Of a DNA stretch of 64,000 bases, positions 28,740 through 42,744 are shown one piece after another. Within the stretch, counting starts at the first letter, position 1. Every line of letters begins with the position of its first letter. Under the pieces are notes generated by a model. That model did no database searches and had not been told where the DNA came from. It worked only from the letters and a program-made list of their open reading frames with translations. This DNA comes from Octopus vulgaris (lineage: Eukaryota): contig OX597832.1 of the NCBI GenBank assembly GCA_951406725.2, forward strand, positions 25,668,001-25,732,000, read 5' to 3'. Both the position numbers and the translations under genes were made by a program.

Positions 28740-29664
28740 GGTGGTGGTGGTGGTGGATGATGAGAGTCGTTAGAGCGTTGGAAAATGTGATACAGTAGAG
28801 TTGCAAAATTAACCGTCACATGACAACTAACACTAATTATTAGCATTATCATCCTCTCCGCCTTATCACCATCACCATCACCGCCATCATCATCATAATA
28901 ATCATCGTCACCATCGTCATCATCATCATCATCATTACCTTCGTTGTTGTCGTCGCCATCATCATCACCATCATCACCATCATCATCATCGCCGTCGTCG
29001 TCGTCGTCGTCATGGTCGTCTACAGATATTTTTTGTTGTATAAATCTAGAATCATTTAGAATTTCCCACTGTGAACAAAACAAAATGTAATGAGAGAGAA
29101 AGTGGGAGAGGAGAGAGAGAAGAGGAGAGAGAGAGAGAAAAGGATAGAGAATGGCGGGAGAGAAGGGGAGAGAGAGAGTTTAAACCGAGAAGCGTTATAT
29201 TTCCTCAACACCACTTCAACATGTCCGTCTTTCTGATATCAAAATAGCTGATGGTAACTTCAGTGTGAAGTAGACCACCTTACGTTAAATGTATTTATTT
29301 TTCCTTATTTATTTATGAAACTAGAAGTCAACGGATTACAATTAGTTTGCAGGTGACGTGGAAGTCTGTGAGTACTTCTAATAAATAATTGGTCTTTGTA
29401 TGACTGAAAAAAAAGAAACGTTAATTACGAGAGATGGCGGAAAACTTCGTAGGCTAACTAAGATATTTTCATGGCATGCGACCAAATGAAGGTTATTTTT
29501 CAACTGAGACCTCCTTGCGATCCACACGCCTCTTCCGTCGCTATTCAAGTGATTGGATCTGATTTGCAAATATGCTTTCATGCTGTTGATAAAAGCAGTA
29601 ATTAAAAGCAGATACGATATCATCATCACTGAAGTACTGATTCCCAACCAAGTGTTTTTTCTTG

Positions 29665-30050
29665 TTGAGGATAGATGGAAGCACTCCGTCGGTTACGACG
29701 ATGAGGGTTCCGGTTGATCCGAATCAACGGAACAGCCTGCTCGTGAAATTAACGTGAGCACTCCACAGACACGTGCACCCTTAACGTAGTTCTCGGGGAT
29801 ATTCAGCGTGACACAGAGAGTGACAAGGCCGGCCCCTTGAAATACAGGTACAACAGAAACAGGAAGTAAGAGTGAGAGAAAGTTGTAGTGAAAGAGTACA
29901 GCAGGGATCACCACCATCCCCTGCCGGAGCCTCGTGGAGCTTTAGGTGTTTTCGCTCAATAAACACTCACAACGCCCGGTCTGGGAATCGAAACCACGAT
30001 CCTATGACCGCGAGTCCGCTGCCCTAACCACTGGGCCATTGCGCCTCCAC
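29665..30050 (-). mobile_element. tRNA-derived SINE family C, full length
   Basis: Minus-strand head GGAGGCGCAATGGCCCAGTGGTTAGGGCAGCGGACTCGCGGTC..GGTTTCGATTCCCAGACC has A and B boxes. The tail ..TCGTCGTAACCGACGGAG is shared with 38120-38385 and 45985-46135. Confidence 0.85.
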
Positions 30051-30443
30051 TCTTGTTGAGGAACAGATGTTTGTCAGATGAAGCCAAATCAGGAGAATAG
30101 GGATGATGATCAACCACTTCAAATCCACGGTCACGCACAGCAGCCATCGAAACCATGGCCTTGTGTGCTGGACATTGTCCTCATGAAACGAAACCGTTTT
30201 GTCACTTTTTCTGACCGCTTGTTCTTGATAGCATTTTGTAACTAACTCAGCAATTTGGTATAGCATTCTCCTTTCATGGTGTGACTCCTTTGAAGGGAGT
30301 CAACAATCACAATGCCTTTACAGCCTCAAAACTGAGGCCATCATCTTCCCCACAGATGAAACGTCCTTATCCTTCTATGAAGCAAGTGAGTATCCACTGC
30401 ATGGATTATCTCTTTGTCTCTGACTTAAAGAGATGAACCCAAC

Positions 30444-30445
<2 letters not shown>
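30051..30445 (-). mobile_element. Mariner (Tc1/mariner) transposase remnant
   Basis: Frameshifted FHEDNVQH and GFEVVDHHPYSPDLASSDKHLF match the mariner HDNA.PH and HPPYSPDLAPSD.HLF motifs. Confidence 0.85.
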
Positions 30446-30507
<62 letters not shown>

Positions 30508-30516
<9 letters not shown>

Positions 30517-30712
30517 TATATTAAATTAGAGATAAAACCACTATTAGGCAAATCAAACAATGAAAAACTTAAGCCAATACATAAAATTAATTAATTTATA
30601 TTATTTTAAATATATATCAAAAGTATTAATTAATCTTATGCATTGGCTTAAGTTTTTCATTGTTTGATTTGCCTAATAGTGGTTTTATCTCTAATTTAAT
30701 ATAATATAATAT
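30508..30712. repeat. Fold-back hairpin (~85 bp arms) next to (TA)n
   Basis: attaaattagagataaaaccactattaggcaaatcaaacaatgaaaaacttaagccaat / attggcttaagtttttcattgtttgatttgcctaatagtggttttatctctaatttaat. Confidence 0.95.
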
Positions 30713-31216
30713 TTTACTATAAAATTGGATTCAATCCTAAATCTGATTTTTCCCTGTAAGTTTGGATTTATTCCCTAATATTTTATTATATTTTATATAT
30801 ATTTATATATATTCGACAAGGACACTTGTGACAAGGTTGCGAACCCAGAATCACTGCTAACAGCAAGAAAAAAAGAACAGCCTCTTCGGCCTCGAATAAT
30901 ATGAAAGTTGGGACTGGTAAAAACAAGGGCAGGGTAAATCCGACTTAGAAGGGGCGGCCAAATCGCTGGAACCCAATTAGGACTTTTCTTCGATGGAACT
31001 GGATGAGATGAAAGACAAAGTTGATATCTTCGGGACACGAACTCGCAGCACAGGATATTGAAACACTTACTGCAAGTGATTGCTTGTTTCCACGCCCTAA
31101 GAATTTCGCCAATTCTATGTCCATAATGAAAATCAAATCAATAATCTCAGACAGATCTTAACGACTTCATGCCTAAAACTTAAATCTCTCCAGTGATAAT
31201 ATACCGTCATATCTAA

Positions 31217-31765
31217 AGCGGTGAGCTGGCAGAAACGTTAGCACGCCGGGCCGAATTGCTTAAGGGTGTTTCGTCTGCCGCTACGTTCTGAGTTCAAATT
31301 CCGCCGAGGTCGACTTTGCCTTTCATCTTTTCGGGGTCGATAAATTAAGTACCAGTTATGCACTGGGATCGATGCAATCGACTAAATCCCTTTGTCTGTC
31401 CTTGTTTGTCCGCTCTGTGTTTAGCCCCTTGTGGGTAGTAAAGAAATAGGAATTTCGTCTGTCGCTACGTTCTGAGTTCAAATTCCACCGAGGTCGACTT
31501 TGCTTTTTATAGTTTAGGGGTCGATAAATTAAGTACCAGTTGTGCACTGGAGTCGATGTAATCGACTTAATCCGTTTGTCTGTCCTTGTTTGTCCTCTCT
31601 ATGTTTAGCCCCTTGTGGGTAGTAAAGAAATAGCTATTTCGTCTGACATTACGTTCTGAGTTCAAATTCCACCGAGGTCGACTTCGCCTTTTATAGTTTC
31701 GGGTTTGATAAATTAAGTACCAGTTGCGTGCTGAGGTCGATCTAATCGACTGGACCTCCTTCCTA
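31217..31765 (+). mobile_element. SINE family A, head-to-tail trimer
   Basis: One unit with head (GCGGTGAGCTGGCAG..GAGTTCAAATTCC) plus two units restarting at ATTTCGTCTG. The central GCCTTTCATCCTTTCGGGGTCGATAAATTAAGTACCAG resembles the Nin/Deu-type SINE domain. Confidence 0.88.
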
Positions 31766-31992
31766 AAAATGTTATATCTTGATTACTTCTGAATGTAAAT
31801 TTAATGTCTGTCCTATTTTTGGACGGTTGCGATGTGATTCTGTAACTGGCATCTTGTGGTTAACATAGATATTGCTGCACTATTTTCGGTGAAGAGTCGT
31901 TTCAACATGATTTCACTATTAAATATTTTATTTTACACATTTTTAATGACTTAAGTAATATCTGTCTCCGAAGGTTACACACACACACACAT

Positions 31993-32038
<46 letters not shown>

Positions 32039-32076
32039 CAACAGAAACACACAACACACCAGCACACATATATATA

Positions 32077-32192
<116 letters not shown>

Positions 32193-32964
32193 TGTATATA
32201 TACACCCATACATACATTCATATGTATATATACACCCACACATGCACACACGTACATACATGTATGGAAAGTTATATACGCCAACATGTATTATATTTGT
32301 GTGTCTATATATATATACATATATATATGTATATGTATATATAATATATATTACACACATACATATTCACTTACATACACATACCTTGCACGTGCGCACA
32401 TACACACACGCACACATATACACACTTATATATATAAATATCATTATAAATAGCGTTTTGCTGAGGCAAGTATCAAACAAGTTTTACGTGAATTATAATA
32501 GAAATCCTAATATATGTATTTGATATTAAAATATCTTTTATTCCAGGCCGATTCATGCCAATGAAACGCACAGCCGTACTTATCAGCTGCAATGCGATAC
32601 AGTATCCATATATAATTTTAAGTGTATGTATATATAGTATTTTAGGAATTGTTTTTACATATTCTTTGCAGCACTTTTCATGATAAATAGATGACACGGT
32701 ATTATCACATACGCTTTTTAACCATTTAACTATCCGTGTAATACAGTTAAGATGTCTCGGAGCAATGAAATTATATAAAGTTTTGGCTGTTATAAAAGTT
32801 GTGACAGTCAGAAGAAATAGATATAAAATAAAGATTGTATCAAGCTGTGCTATCAATGCCTGGCGGTATTCGTTCCGGGTTTTTACGTTCCGAGTTCGAA
32901 ATCTGCCGAGGTCGAATTTGCTTTTCTCAGCTGGTCGAAAAAATAATCCTTTCTCTTGTAAGTA

Positions 32965-33530
32965 CAAGGCCTGAAATGTTGGGGGAGGGGGTCAGTCGAT
33001 TAGATCGACCTCAGTACATAACTGGTACTTAATTTATCGACCCCGAAAGGATGAAAGGCAAAGTCGACCTCGGTGGAATGTGAACTCTGAACGTACATAC
33101 GAAATAAATACCTATTTGTTTACTACCCACAAGGGGCTACACACAGAGGGGACAAACAAGGAGAGACAAACGGATTAAGTCGATTATATCGACCCCCAGT
33201 GCGTAACTGGTACTTATTTAATCGACTCCGAAAGGATGAAAGGCAAAGTCGACCTCGGTGGAATTTGAACTCAGAACCTAGCAGCAGACGAAACACCTAT
33301 TTCTTTACTACCCACAAGGGGCTAAACACAGAGGAGACAAACAAGGACAGACAAACGGATTTAGTCGATTATATCGACCCCCGTGCGTAACTGGTACTTA
33401 TTTAATCGACTCCGAAAGGATGAAAGGCAAGGTCGACCTGGGTGGAATTTGAACTCAGAAAGTAACGGCAGACGAAATACAGCTACGCATTTCGCCCGGT
33501 GTGCTAACGTTTCTGCCAGCTCGCCGCTTT
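32965..33530 (-). mobile_element. SINE family A trimer, inverted copy
   Basis: Same three-unit layout as 31217-31765 on the opposite strand. Confidence 0.88.
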
Positions 33531-33693
33531 AGATATGTCGGTATCTTATCACTGGAAAGATTTAAGTTTTATGCATCAAGTCGTTAAGATTTGTCCGAGA
33601 TTTTTGATTTGATTTTCCTATGTTCGGATTACCCTACGTTCGGGTAAATTTTCCTAAATAACGTATATGAACTTATTGCATTCTGTTATTCTT

Positions 33694-33905
33694 GCACTTG
33701 TTTCAGTCATTTGACTGCGGCCATGTTGGAGCACCGCCTTAAAGAGTTTTTTCTTTTTAGTCGAAGAAATCGACCGCAGGTCTTACTCTTTGCAAGCTTT
33801 GTACATATTCTCTCGGTTCCTTTTGCCGAACCACTAGTTTACGGGGACAATAATACATCAACATCGGTTGTCAAGCGATGATGAGGGGACAAACAAAGAC
33901 ACAAC
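33694..33905 (-). mobile_element. SINE family B, 3' part
   Basis: cttgtttcagtcatttgactgcggccatg..tcggttgtcaagcgatg. Confidence 0.8.
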
Positions 33906-33993
33906 GACACACACACACACACATACATACATACATTCATACATACATACACACATACATAATATAAACATACATACATACATACATACATAT

Positions 33994-34027
<34 letters not shown>

Positions 34028-34028
34028 G

Positions 34029-34092
34029 TATGTGACAATTAGTTGTCATAATAAAACTCTTTTACTATGACAACCTACTAATTGTCACATAT
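34029..34092. repeat. Short fold-back hairpin
   Basis: tatgtgacaattag-ttgtcata / tatgacaa-ccta-ctaattgtcacata. Confidence 0.75.
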
Positions 34093-34299
34093 GTTTATAG
34101 ATAAATTCCTCTATTTACATAAAATCGAGGTCTCATTCATTCTTTTGTTGTCATATAAAGGATATCCATTTGATTATAATCACCACATTTGATTTATATG
34201 GATAATACCATACCTAATTCTTGTGCCTTTAACTTAAATACCAAATTCATCTGAATCTAAATTTTTGAAGAACTTATATATATATATATATATATATAG

Positions 34300-34485
34300 G
34301 GAGATTTTACGAAAAAACGACAAACGACGAAGACAGGTGGTGTAGAAAACAAACAGATGTACTAGTAAAACGCCAAGGTATAGAAAAAGTATTTTACGTT
34401 TCGAGCCTACGCTCTTCTACAGGAAGGGACACAGAAAACAAGGAGAGAAAAAAATGTGTGTAGTGGCTAATGATCTCTCGTGGCG
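34300..34485 (-). mobile_element. Penelope-like short element with hammerhead motif (34391-34426, core CUGUAGA)
   Basis: Minus strand CTTC-CTGTAGA-A-GAGC-gtag-GCTC-GAAA-CGTA-AAAT; (TA)n on both sides. Confidence 0.7.
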
Positions 34486-34539
<54 letters not shown>

Positions 34540-34540
<1 letters not shown>

Positions 34541-34690
34541 CGGGCTTTTATCAGTCCCTGTCTACCAAATCCACTCTCAAGGCCCGATGCTATAATAGAA
34601 GACAATTGCCCAGAGTGTCACGCACTGGGACTGAACCCGGAACCATGTTGTTGAGAAGCAAGCTTCGTACCACACAACCACGCCTTTAGC
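34540..34690 (-). mobile_element. SINE family B, 5' part
   Basis: tctaccaaatccactc..gggactgaacccggaaccatg..accacacaacc. Confidence 0.75.
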
Positions 34691-35259
34691 AAGAGCCACG
34701 CCTACGCATTGAAGAACAATAACACAGTCTTTCCCTATAAATCTCTCTCTATTTCTCTTTGCGTTCAACTCCACTATGACATACAAGGATCTACCAGACC
34801 AATAAAATGGTTTCTCTCACTGTCTCGCACTCTGTCTCTGACTGTCTGTGTGTCTCTGTCTTTCACTTTCTTTATCCCTGTCTTTCTCTTTCTCTCTCCC
34901 CTGTCTCCCTTTCTCGATCACTCTCTCTTTCTCTTTCTTTCTCAGTCACATTTTTCTCTCTCTCAATCTCTCACTTTTTCTCTCTATTTCAAACACGCTC
35001 TCTCTCTCTCTTCCTCTCTATCTCCCCCTCTCTTTCTTCTACCCTCTCTCTCACTCTCTTGTTCTTGAATGGATTGAAAAAGAGTTTATAACTCGAAATA
35101 TCAGGATTAATTTAATATTTCTATGGGTAATATTGTTTTATTTCTGATTTTTTCCATATCAAGTATCGATATTGCTTTTTCCTTCTCTGACACACTGCTT
35201 TTCTACATGTTCCGCAATGCTTCAGCAAACTATTAAACTTTCTACTGGCTGTTTATATG

Positions 35260-35411
<152 letters not shown>

Positions 35412-36012
35412 ATATAAATATGCAATTATATACACATATGTGTGTATCTATATCTGTGTGTGTGTATGTATGTGTGTGTGTGTGCGTGTGTTTGTGTGTG
35501 TATGAAACCATTACAATAGAGTATATGCACTTTAAATCCTAATGAATACCTTGTTTGCTGTAATTAGCAATTTCGATCGACTTTTGTTTTTTAACAAAAC
35601 AAAACTAACCAACAGAATAAAAAGACCACAAACTAACATTTAAAACAAAATTAAAAAAACAACTCATATATATATATACATAAATATAAAGAAAATAAAA
35701 TTAAACTAACAACTTTCAACCACACAAGAATCAATGCTTTAAATATGTTTACCTTGGCACAAGTCAGCCTCTTTACTTCAATCTATCATTACTATCTCAT
35801 TATCGCTTGCCATGTAATGTCTGTTGTATTTTCGTTATTTCGTAGAATAGTTTTATTTTCTGCTTCGCATCATTATCCACCCCCACACACCCCCACACAC
35901 ACTTCCAGTCTTTTTGTATTTCTTCTTCCCTTTTAATGCCTTCTGCCAAGCTTCTAAGTCGGATAAACTAAATTTCTATTTACATTTGCGTTGTTTGTTG
36001 TCTTTTTTTTCA

Positions 36013-36122
<110 letters not shown>

Positions 36123-36546
36123 TTATTATTATTTTTATTATTATTATTATTTTGGTTTTCGTTCTTTTTTGCATTTACTATTGTTTTATTTTGGCATTCT
36201 TTTGCCTTCCTTATTTTGTTTTTGTTTTTGTTCCGTTGTTTTAATTTCTTCCTTTTTAATCGCTTCGAGTTTAACTATGCCGAAGTCAAACAAAGAATAT
36301 TTTCTAGTTTTTGCCCAGGGCCAGCAATGTTTTAGGGGAAAACAAGTCGCTACATCGACAGTTTTATTTCACAAATACGTTTTAGGGGATCAGACGATAG
36401 TTCTTAGATAGGAACACTATTTTATTGATCTGGAAAGGATGAAAGAAATTGTTAGCCTCGACCGGACTTTAAACCGGAAGTTAGAATAAATAACGTAAAG
36501 CATGCTTCCGATGCACTAATGATTCTGCTAATCCACTTCCTGTCCC

Positions 36547-36606
<60 letters not shown>

Positions 36607-36607
36607 A

Positions 36608-36660
<53 letters not shown>

Positions 36661-36663
<3 letters not shown>

Positions 36664-36960
36664 AGGAATGATCAAGAAGGGAACCGAAAATTATATGAGA
36701 ATGATCCCTGGCTTACCATCCCTGCAAGAAGTGCAAAAGATTGTCTTAACTGGTACATCACACGTATTGAGAAGAGCATTGTCGATGTGAGAACTGTTGC
36801 TGCTCATATATTTTAATTTAAAAAAAAAAAAAAAAAAAAATGAACGAACTACTGAGTTTGGTTTAATGGCCTACCAATATACACTATGAGTTTCTTTGCC
36901 CTAGGAGTCGGGAAGACACTCGGCAAGAAATGGAAGAAAATTTGAAAGAAGAAAAAAATA
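36661..36960 (+). mobile_element. R4/Dong 3' fragment
   Basis: LGMIKKGTENYMRMIPGLPSLQEVQKIVLTGTSHVLRRALSM* plus 3' UTR, between (AAT)n tracts. Confidence 0.85.
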
Positions 36961-36961
36961 A

Positions 36962-36995
<34 letters not shown>

Positions 36996-37090
36996 TAATA
37001 ATAATGATGATGATGATAATAATAATAATAATAATAATGATGATGATGATGATGATGATGATAATAATAATAATAATAATAATAATGATA

Positions 37091-37166
<76 letters not shown>

Positions 37167-37181
37167 TAATATTAATAATAA

Positions 37182-37458
37182 AGACTTCAGACAAAAATAG
37201 GCAGGTTGTGGCCATGAAAAGAGTGGACAGTGATACCAATAGTGATTGGTGGACTTGGATGTATTAGCGCTCAACTACCAACGTGGCTGAAAAAGATTGG
37301 GGCAAGTGTGAAGGTGGAACACCTACAAAAATCAGCATTGCTTGGAACTGCAGGAATTCTTCGCAAGGTTCTTGAAAGACCATCAGTGAACAAGTGTCAC
37401 ATTAGTCTGCTAGCTGTGGACAGTTGATATTTTCCACCATACCCAGAGCTTCCATCAA
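37182..37458 (+). mobile_element. R4/Dong 3' fragment (second subfamily)
   Basis: IGRLWP.KRVDSDT / IPIVIGGLGCIS..KKIG..VEHLQKSALLGTAGILRKVL, between (AAT)n tracts. Confidence 0.82.
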
Positions 37459-37542
<84 letters not shown>

Positions 37543-37563
37543 TAATAATGATAATAATAATAA

Positions 37564-37594
<31 letters not shown>

Positions 37595-37671
37595 AAAGAA
37601 GAAGAAGAAGAAGAAGAAGAAGAAGAAGAAGAAGAAGAAGAAGAAGAAGAAGAAGAAGAAGAAGAAGAATG

Positions 37672-37711
<40 letters not shown>

Positions 37712-37746
37712 TAATAATAATGATAGTGACGATGATGATGATAATT

Positions 37747-38100
37747 AGCTGCTCTAGACCAAAACTTATTAACCCGGTACTACCAAGCCAATGTGATAAA
37801 AAATGGAGCTGACCCAAAATGCCGATTCTGTAACAATGAGATTGAAACTATAGACCACCTAATCTCAGGGTGTAGAGTCTTAGCACCTGTAGAATATAAA
37901 GCAAGACATGACAGAGCCAGCCAGTATTTACACTGGACAATATGTCGGTATTATAAAATCAAAACCACTGACAAATGGTATAAACACCATCCTGAAGTTG
38001 TGACTGAGGGAGAAAATGTATTGATTCTATGGGACTTCCCCGTGCATACTGACAAAACTATAAAAGCTAATAAACTGGATACTATTATAAAAGATCAGAC
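37747..38100 (+). mobile_element. R4/Dong zinc-knuckle and RLE endonuclease fragment
   Basis: CRFC..ETIDHLISGC (CCHC), YKARHD, LHW.IC and ILWDF.VHTDKTIKANK(L)D follow the RHD..PD..D restriction-like endonuclease signature. Confidence 0.9.
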
Positions 38101-38119
38101 GCATACACGTATTATATAA

Positions 38120-38385
38120 AGGAGCACTCTTTAGGTTACGACGACGAGGGTCCCAGCTGATAAGATCAACGGAACAGCTTGCTCGGGAAATTAATGAGTA
38201 ACCTTAATTCACAGATTGTGACAAGGCTGGCCCTTTGAAATACAGGTACAACTCATTTTTGCCAGCTGAGTGGACTGGAGCAACTTGAAATAAAGTGTCT
38301 TGCTCAAGGACACAACGCGCCGCCGAGAATTGAACGCACGACCTTATGATCGTGAGTCGAATGCCCTAACCACTAAGCCACGTGT
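38120..38385 (-). mobile_element. SINE family C
   Basis: ggttacgacgacgaggg..tgaaatacaggtacaac..cttgctcaaggacacaacgcg..ccctaaccactaagcc. Confidence 0.8.
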
Positions 38386-38459
38386 CCTCAGTATATATTA
38401 TATATGCATATATATGTATATATGTATATATGTCGTATATATGTATATATATATAAGTG

Positions 38460-38680
38460 TGTGTGTATATGTTTGTGTGTCTGTGTTTGTCCCCCTAGCA
38501 TTGCTTGACAACCGATGCTGGTGTGTTTACGTCCCCGTCACTTAGCGGTTCGGCAAAAGAGACCGATAGAATAAGTACTGGGCTTACAAAGAATAAGTCC
38601 CGGGGTCGATTTGCTCGACTAAAGGCGGTGCTCCAGCATGGCCGCAGTCAAATGACTGAAACAAGTAAAAGAAAGAGTAA
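38460..38680 (+). mobile_element. SINE family B, 3' part
   Basis: cttgacaaccgatgctggtgtgtttacgtcccc..cagtcaaatgactgaaacaagtaaaag. Confidence 0.85.
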
Positions 38681-38770
38681 AAAAAAGTATATATATTTGC
38701 ATATATTATGCATATATATATATAGAGGGAGATACAGACAAACAGAATGACGGAAAAGACGTATACATAC

Positions 38771-38955
<185 letters not shown>

Positions 38956-38960
38956 ATATG

Positions 38961-39035
<75 letters not shown>

Positions 39036-39549
39036 GCAAATGAGCATATTTATTTAATATCCAGCAATAAATATACGTATATTTATACTTGCGTATACAC
39101 AATAGACATTCACTAACACAAACACATATTCACAAATGCACAAAGAACTGCGGAGCATTACCATTTCAGGAATTCATCAAAGAAGAGGACAGTGACTCGT
39201 AACTGCAGTTATCTAACGCCCAACACAATCGATAGATCGATATTTGCATTGACATGTATCATCATGGATGCGCAGAATCTATGATCCTACAAGAACAAGA
39301 ATGGTTCTAATAATAGGTTCTGGTTCTCACCGTAGAATAAATAAACTGTTGGTAAAAGAACTATGGAATCAAATATTCGGTAACCATTCTGAAGAATACA
39401 CATACTTTTTCGATTAGTGTATTGCAGAGAAATAAGTCTATAACAGTCTTGATCAATCAAAAGTTCTGGTTATGATGGGGCATGGACGAGGGCGGGGCTG
39501 CGCTTTGGTTTCGTGTTTTTCTTTTTTTTTTATTCAAGCAAGCATTTCT

Positions 39550-39992
39550 CTGTGATTAAGAATGTTACTTTGTAACCACGTGTTTTCAGGTTCAGTCCCA
39601 CCGTGTGACACCTTAGACAAGGGTCTTCTACTTTAGCCTTAATCCGGGGCCACCGATGCCTTGTAAGTGATTTTAGTAGACGGAAACTCTGTAGAAGCCC
39701 ATTCCGTTTGTGTGTGTACCCATATACATATGTGTCCATCTGTGTGTTTAAATGTGTGTACGTATATATGTGTGTGTGTGTATTTATGTTTGTGTGTCTG
39801 TGTTTGTCCCCCCAACATCGCTCGACAACCGATGCTGGTGTATTTACGTCCCCGTAACTTAGCGGTTCGGCAAAAGACACCGATAGAATAAGTACTAGGC
39901 TTACAAAGAATAAGTCCTGGGGTCGATTTGCTCGACTAAAGGCAGTGCTCCAGCATGGCCACAGTCAAATGACTGAAACAAGTAAAAGAGTG
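39550..39992 (+). mobile_element. SINE family B, near full length
   Basis: Decayed head (aggttcagtcccac) followed by the family body and tail. Confidence 0.85.
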
Positions 39993-40059
39993 TAAAGAGT
40001 ATATACACACACATTATGTAAATATATATATATATATACACACACTGTGTAAATATATA

Positions 40060-40650
40060 TGGAGGAAGCAGGTTAAGGAGGGGATCGACACTTTTGAGAG
40101 AGCACGTATCCAGCATGAAGAATTTAAGCGAGCTGCGCGAAAGCGCACGGCTCGTATAGTGAATGGGGAAAGCTTGGTCTGCAATGCTTGCAGTCGTGTA
40201 TGCTTGTCAAGAGCAGGGCTCATTAGCCACCAACGGAGCCGCAAATGCAAAATATAAGTTAGTCCTAGAGCGCACAATGTTCCCGAAGGTCGCAATGGTC
40301 TTCCTCGGTCACGAGTGGACGGCCATCATGTATGTATGTATGTATGTATGTATGTATGTATGTATGTATGTATGTATGTACGTATGTATGTATGTATGTA
40401 CGTATGTATGTGTGTATGTATGTATGTATGTATGTATGTATGTATGTATGTATGAATGTATGTATGTATGTATGTATGTATGTATGTATGTACGTATGTA
40501 TGTGTGTATGTATGTATGTATGTATGTATGTATGTATGTACGTATGTATGTGTGTATGTGTGTATGTATGTATGTATGTATGTATGTATGTATGTATGTA
40601 TGTATGTATGTATGTATGTATGTATGTATGTATGTATGTATGTATGTATG
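40060..40650 (+). mobile_element. RTE-clade LINE 3' end with (TATG)n tail
   Basis: A frame at 40060-40257 not shown in the ORF track reads WRKQVKEGIDTFERARIQHEEFKRAARK..LVCNACSRVCLSRAGLISHQRS, the RTE C-terminal zinc finger. A short UTR is followed by ~320 bp of (TATG)n. Confidence 0.85.
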
Positions 40651-41842
40651 CATGTGTGTCATTATCCAGTTTTCTTTTAAGATTTCTTGCCAATATAGAA
40701 AGAGCCGGTTTCTTACCTAGATTCAAGGCAACTTCATTGGGATTTCACCATCAGCAACAGGGTATATTTATATGCATATATACGTGCAGATTTGTATGTC
40801 TTGTTTTATGTGTGTATTCTCATCCATATACTTGCATATCTAGACAAGCTCATATATACTGATGTATATATATAAATATACATATATGTGTATTTTTGTA
40901 TGTATGTATGTATGTATGTATGTATGTATTTTGGTGCATCAACGTTATCTGACAGTGAGGATATAATTGTCTAATGAACTAAATTAGTTATTCAACTGAA
41001 TCAGATATTCCCGAATTAACGCGTAAACACGCTACCATTTCGAAGACGGTTGAGCTCAGAAACTTCAGGTAGGGTCACTTAATCTTAACTATAAAGTTTT
41101 CACACAGAACTTACTCTCAGGAAATCTTCTACTTCGTCATATGCGTACACATTCATACACAAAGATCGAAGCACATATATATCCACACACACACACACAG
41201 ACACATACACAAGCACAGACGCATATATACGTGGATGTATATATGCACATACAAATATCCACATACACATGTACACAGGTACACATATACGTATATACAT
41301 TTTATGTGCAGAGATGCAGACACATATAAATATATTGACACAGAAACGAACCAAAACTAATTCATAGTTTAACGGCCCTAATTAATTATTAATACCAATC
41401 AGATAACAATAATAGATACATCGGCCTAATGCATAATTAATAAAGATTTCGGATTAATTACTTAATTAATTCGCAGTTCAACTTATTAATCTTATGTATC
41501 AGAATATATCAACGTACGTACGTACGTATGTATGTATATACGTATGTATGTACGTATGTATGTATGTATGTATGTATGTATGTATGTATGTATGTATGTA
41601 TGTATGTATGTATGTATGTATGTGTGTATGTATGTATATTTGTATGTATGTGTGTATTTGTGTATGTATGTATTTATGTAACGATGTAAATAGGAATGTA
41701 TGTATGTATACCTTTCGCCTGCTAATAGAATCAATTAAATGAGAGGGAAATATCATTTAACGAATATCGGTGTTATGCGTAAACTATTTCAGGTTTCATG
41801 CTCGGGGAGTGCAGTGTTCGGATGCACAATTTCTGTATTTGT

Positions 41843-41882
<40 letters not shown>

Positions 41883-41947
41883 TGGGCTCTCTCATCGAAG
41901 GCAACATATGAGCGTTCAGCTTTTGCCGAACGGCCTGCTCAAATGAT

Positions 41948-42006
<59 letters not shown>

Positions 42007-42243
42007 ACAGCACCAGCACCAGCAGCCGTTCAAGGATTTGGACCTGGAGATCTCCATTTCCAGCGACTTCGAGGGCCACCTCCCAGTGGTGTCGGGCGTC
42101 AGCGTAGAGCCCTCGACTACAACAAGACGACCAAAGTTTTTTTTTCCCCAAGGTCTGGGGTTTCCTACCCCTAAGCCCAAGACTATCACCTAATCACCCT
42201 TACCCGTCTTGTTGCTTAACAACAACAACAACAACAACAACAA

Positions 42244-42280
<37 letters not shown>

Positions 42281-42558
42281 GGTAATAGTAGTAGTAGTAA
42301 TAGTAGTAGTAGCAGTAGTAGTAGCAGAAACAACAGCAGCTTTTCTGGTGACGGCAGCATTCGGCGTCAGTGTCTGCAGTGGTAACAGCGCAGTGGTATT
42401 CGTAGCAGTTGTGGCTGTAGTATCAAGGAAGTAACATAAGTGTCTATGATGAGCATGGTGGCAGTTGATGGTTTATACCAACCACTGGCCTAACTCCTGT
42501 CAACCACCAAGTTTTTGTCATTTGCATTTGAATTCTTTAGTCTCTAAAGCGCTATATA

Positions 42559-42640
<82 letters not shown>

Positions 42641-42744
42641 TGTGTGTGTGTATGTAATTATAACCCTAATTTAAGTTCTCCACACCCGACTATGTTTCGG
42701 AATGTTTTAAATAATGATTTCATATAGCAACTATATTAAGTATA

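Noticed and set aside
29990-30050. tRNA-like sequence on the minus strand
   Set aside because: It continues directly into a SINE body found elsewhere in the window, so it is a SINE head and not a tRNA gene.
31217-31765. Regularly spaced repeats suggesting a CRISPR-like array
   Set aside because: The units are ~185 bp SINE bodies with no unique spacers, in a eukaryotic context without cas genes.
42683-42705. Hammerhead 3' half on the minus strand (CCGAAACATAGTC)
   Set aside because: No CUGANGA half is visible, so it is too incomplete to call.
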